Positions 62,930 through 64,000 of a stretch of 64,000 nucleotides of DNA are shown piece by piece. Numbering within the stretch: the stretch's first letter is position 1; each line of letters begins with the position of its first letter. The stretch spans positions 2,625,214-2,689,213 of the forward strand of contig MU063601.1 of assembly GCA_013265495.1 (NCBI GenBank), read 5' to 3'. The position numbers and the translations under genes were made by a program. The notes below the pieces were generated by a model. It saw nothing but the letters and a program-made list of their open reading frames with translations. It ran no database searches and had not been told where the DNA came from. Source of the stretch: Vicugna vicugna (lineage: Eukaryota).

Positions 62930-63020
62930 TTCATTCATTCATTCATTCATTCATTCATTTATGGGTGTACTGGGGATTGAACCCAGGACCTCATGCATGT
63001 GCTCTATCACTCCTCTTCCA
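62930..63020 (-). mobile_element. Degenerate camelid-type SINE with a (TTCA)n tail
   Basis: gtactggggattgaacccaggacctc...gtgctctatcact preceded by a ttca repeat. Confidence 0.7.
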
Positions 63021-63566
63021 CCACTTATTTCATTAAGAGTAGCATTCTTAACTCTCCCAAGATAAAACATGAGTTCATCAGAACAATTTACATAATATCT
63101 TTTGCAGTTCCCCATGAAGATATTATGTCAGACACTGAATCATAAGTTACACTGGCATCTATACAATCATCTTTTTATCTACTGGGTTTGCTGAAGGAAG
63201 GCACTGGCAGTTTAAAGTAGGTTTAAAAAAAAAAACCTTTTCTCCATGTAGGTCAAACCCATCATGGTCTTCACAAGCCCAGTTCCCCAACTATAAAAAG
63301 TAGTTCAGAAACATTGTTTTAGGAAAATAAATATTAATTCCCTCAAACTTGAACCTAATTTTAGTGATCTCTGACCCCACCCTGTTACCATTCATAGCCA
63401 TCTATCTACCTCATTTTCAAAACTTTTTTCCCTTATATTGATGGTATTGAAAGGGACAAGATATGGAGAACTCTCTCACAGACCAAACCAATACCGTACC
63501 AGTTATTCAACAAAACAAGTATCTAAAACCAAACCAAACAAAACCAACAGAACTCTAAAGACTTAC

Positions 63567-63959
63567 CAATGACAGGGTTGCTATTTCTGTGAGCTGGTTT
63601 AGGGGGAGGGATAGGGGGCTGCTTGGCAGGGACTGTATGGGTGAGGTTCGGGGTGGCAGTAGTGTTAGTGCTGGCAGGAGCAGCAGGAGTCCTGGGCACT
63701 TGAGAAGGGGGGACAGAGGAATGAACAGTTTTTGCCAGGTTCGTAGCAGCCGTAGTGGCAGCAGGTACTGTGGTGATGGCGGTTGTGGAGGTGGAGGAGA
63801 TGGGTCTTGCTGTGCTGCCAGAGGAAGTGGCGTCCTTTGCTTGCCCTTCATTTGCCTCATGAGAAGAAGACAAGTGTCTTTTAGGGGGAAGTAGAGGCTG
63901 TTTGGTTACATTCTCAGGAATGGACTGTGCTTCAGAATTAGGCTGGCTTCCAGTCGAGC
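63567..63959 (-). CDS. PHACTR4: PHACTR4 coding exon (Thr/Ala/Pro-rich); upstream exons lie beyond the window end
   Basis: 393 nt, cag/gtaag; GSTGSQPNSEAQSIPENV...SSSHEANEGQAKDATSSG...KQPPIPPPKPAHRNSNPVI. Confidence 0.96.
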
Positions 63960-64000
63960 CTGTGTAATAACAGATGTGATTTAAGAGAGGAGAGAGTTAC

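Noticed and set aside
57863-63959. PHACTR4 exons seeming 1-2 codons longer than human
   Set aside because: Based on recalled human lengths; in-frame indels in low-complexity disordered regions are common.
1-64000. Prokaryote-type systems (CRISPR arrays, operons, IS elements) or intact autonomous transposons
   Set aside because: None seen; all mobile elements are decayed or truncated mammalian repeats.

Overview
Mammalian genomic DNA, most likely a camelid (camel/alpaca/llama), judged from several tRNA-derived SINEs of the camelid Vic-1 type. The window is the syntenic PHACTR4 - SNHG3(U17HG) - RCC1 - TRNAU1AP block, all on the minus strand. It holds (i) the last 9 coding exons and ~2.2 kb 3'UTR of PHACTR4 (63959 to ~44020); (ii) the non-coding snoRNA host gene SNHG3 (TATA + 5'TOP start at ~39537) with two intronic H/ACA snoRNAs SNORA73A/B (U17); (iii) the complete RCC1 gene (421-codon ORF in 9 coding exons, a CpG-island promoter, the alternative N-terminal insert exon, and an upstream UTR exon usable by SNHG3-RCC1 read-through transcripts); and (iv) the 5' part of TRNAU1AP (exons 1, 2, 4, 6 visible; exons 3 and 5 apparently inside N gaps). 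Introns and intergenic DNA are filled with L1, L2, MIR, MLT, Tigger/MER/Charlie and SINE relics. Genes were recognised from memory of the human orthologues and checked by exon length, reading-frame phase and GT-AG sites; no database search was run. The locus is well known and I see no wholly new system. The most notable details are an overlapping uORF in the SNHG3-RCC1 read-through leader, a tailless 5S rRNA retro-fragment with a target-site duplication inside the PHACTR4 3'UTR, a longer RCC1 insert exon, and near-identical U17 paralogs. Nearly all ORFs in the supplied track are chance intronic, repeat-derived or GC-rich ORFs.
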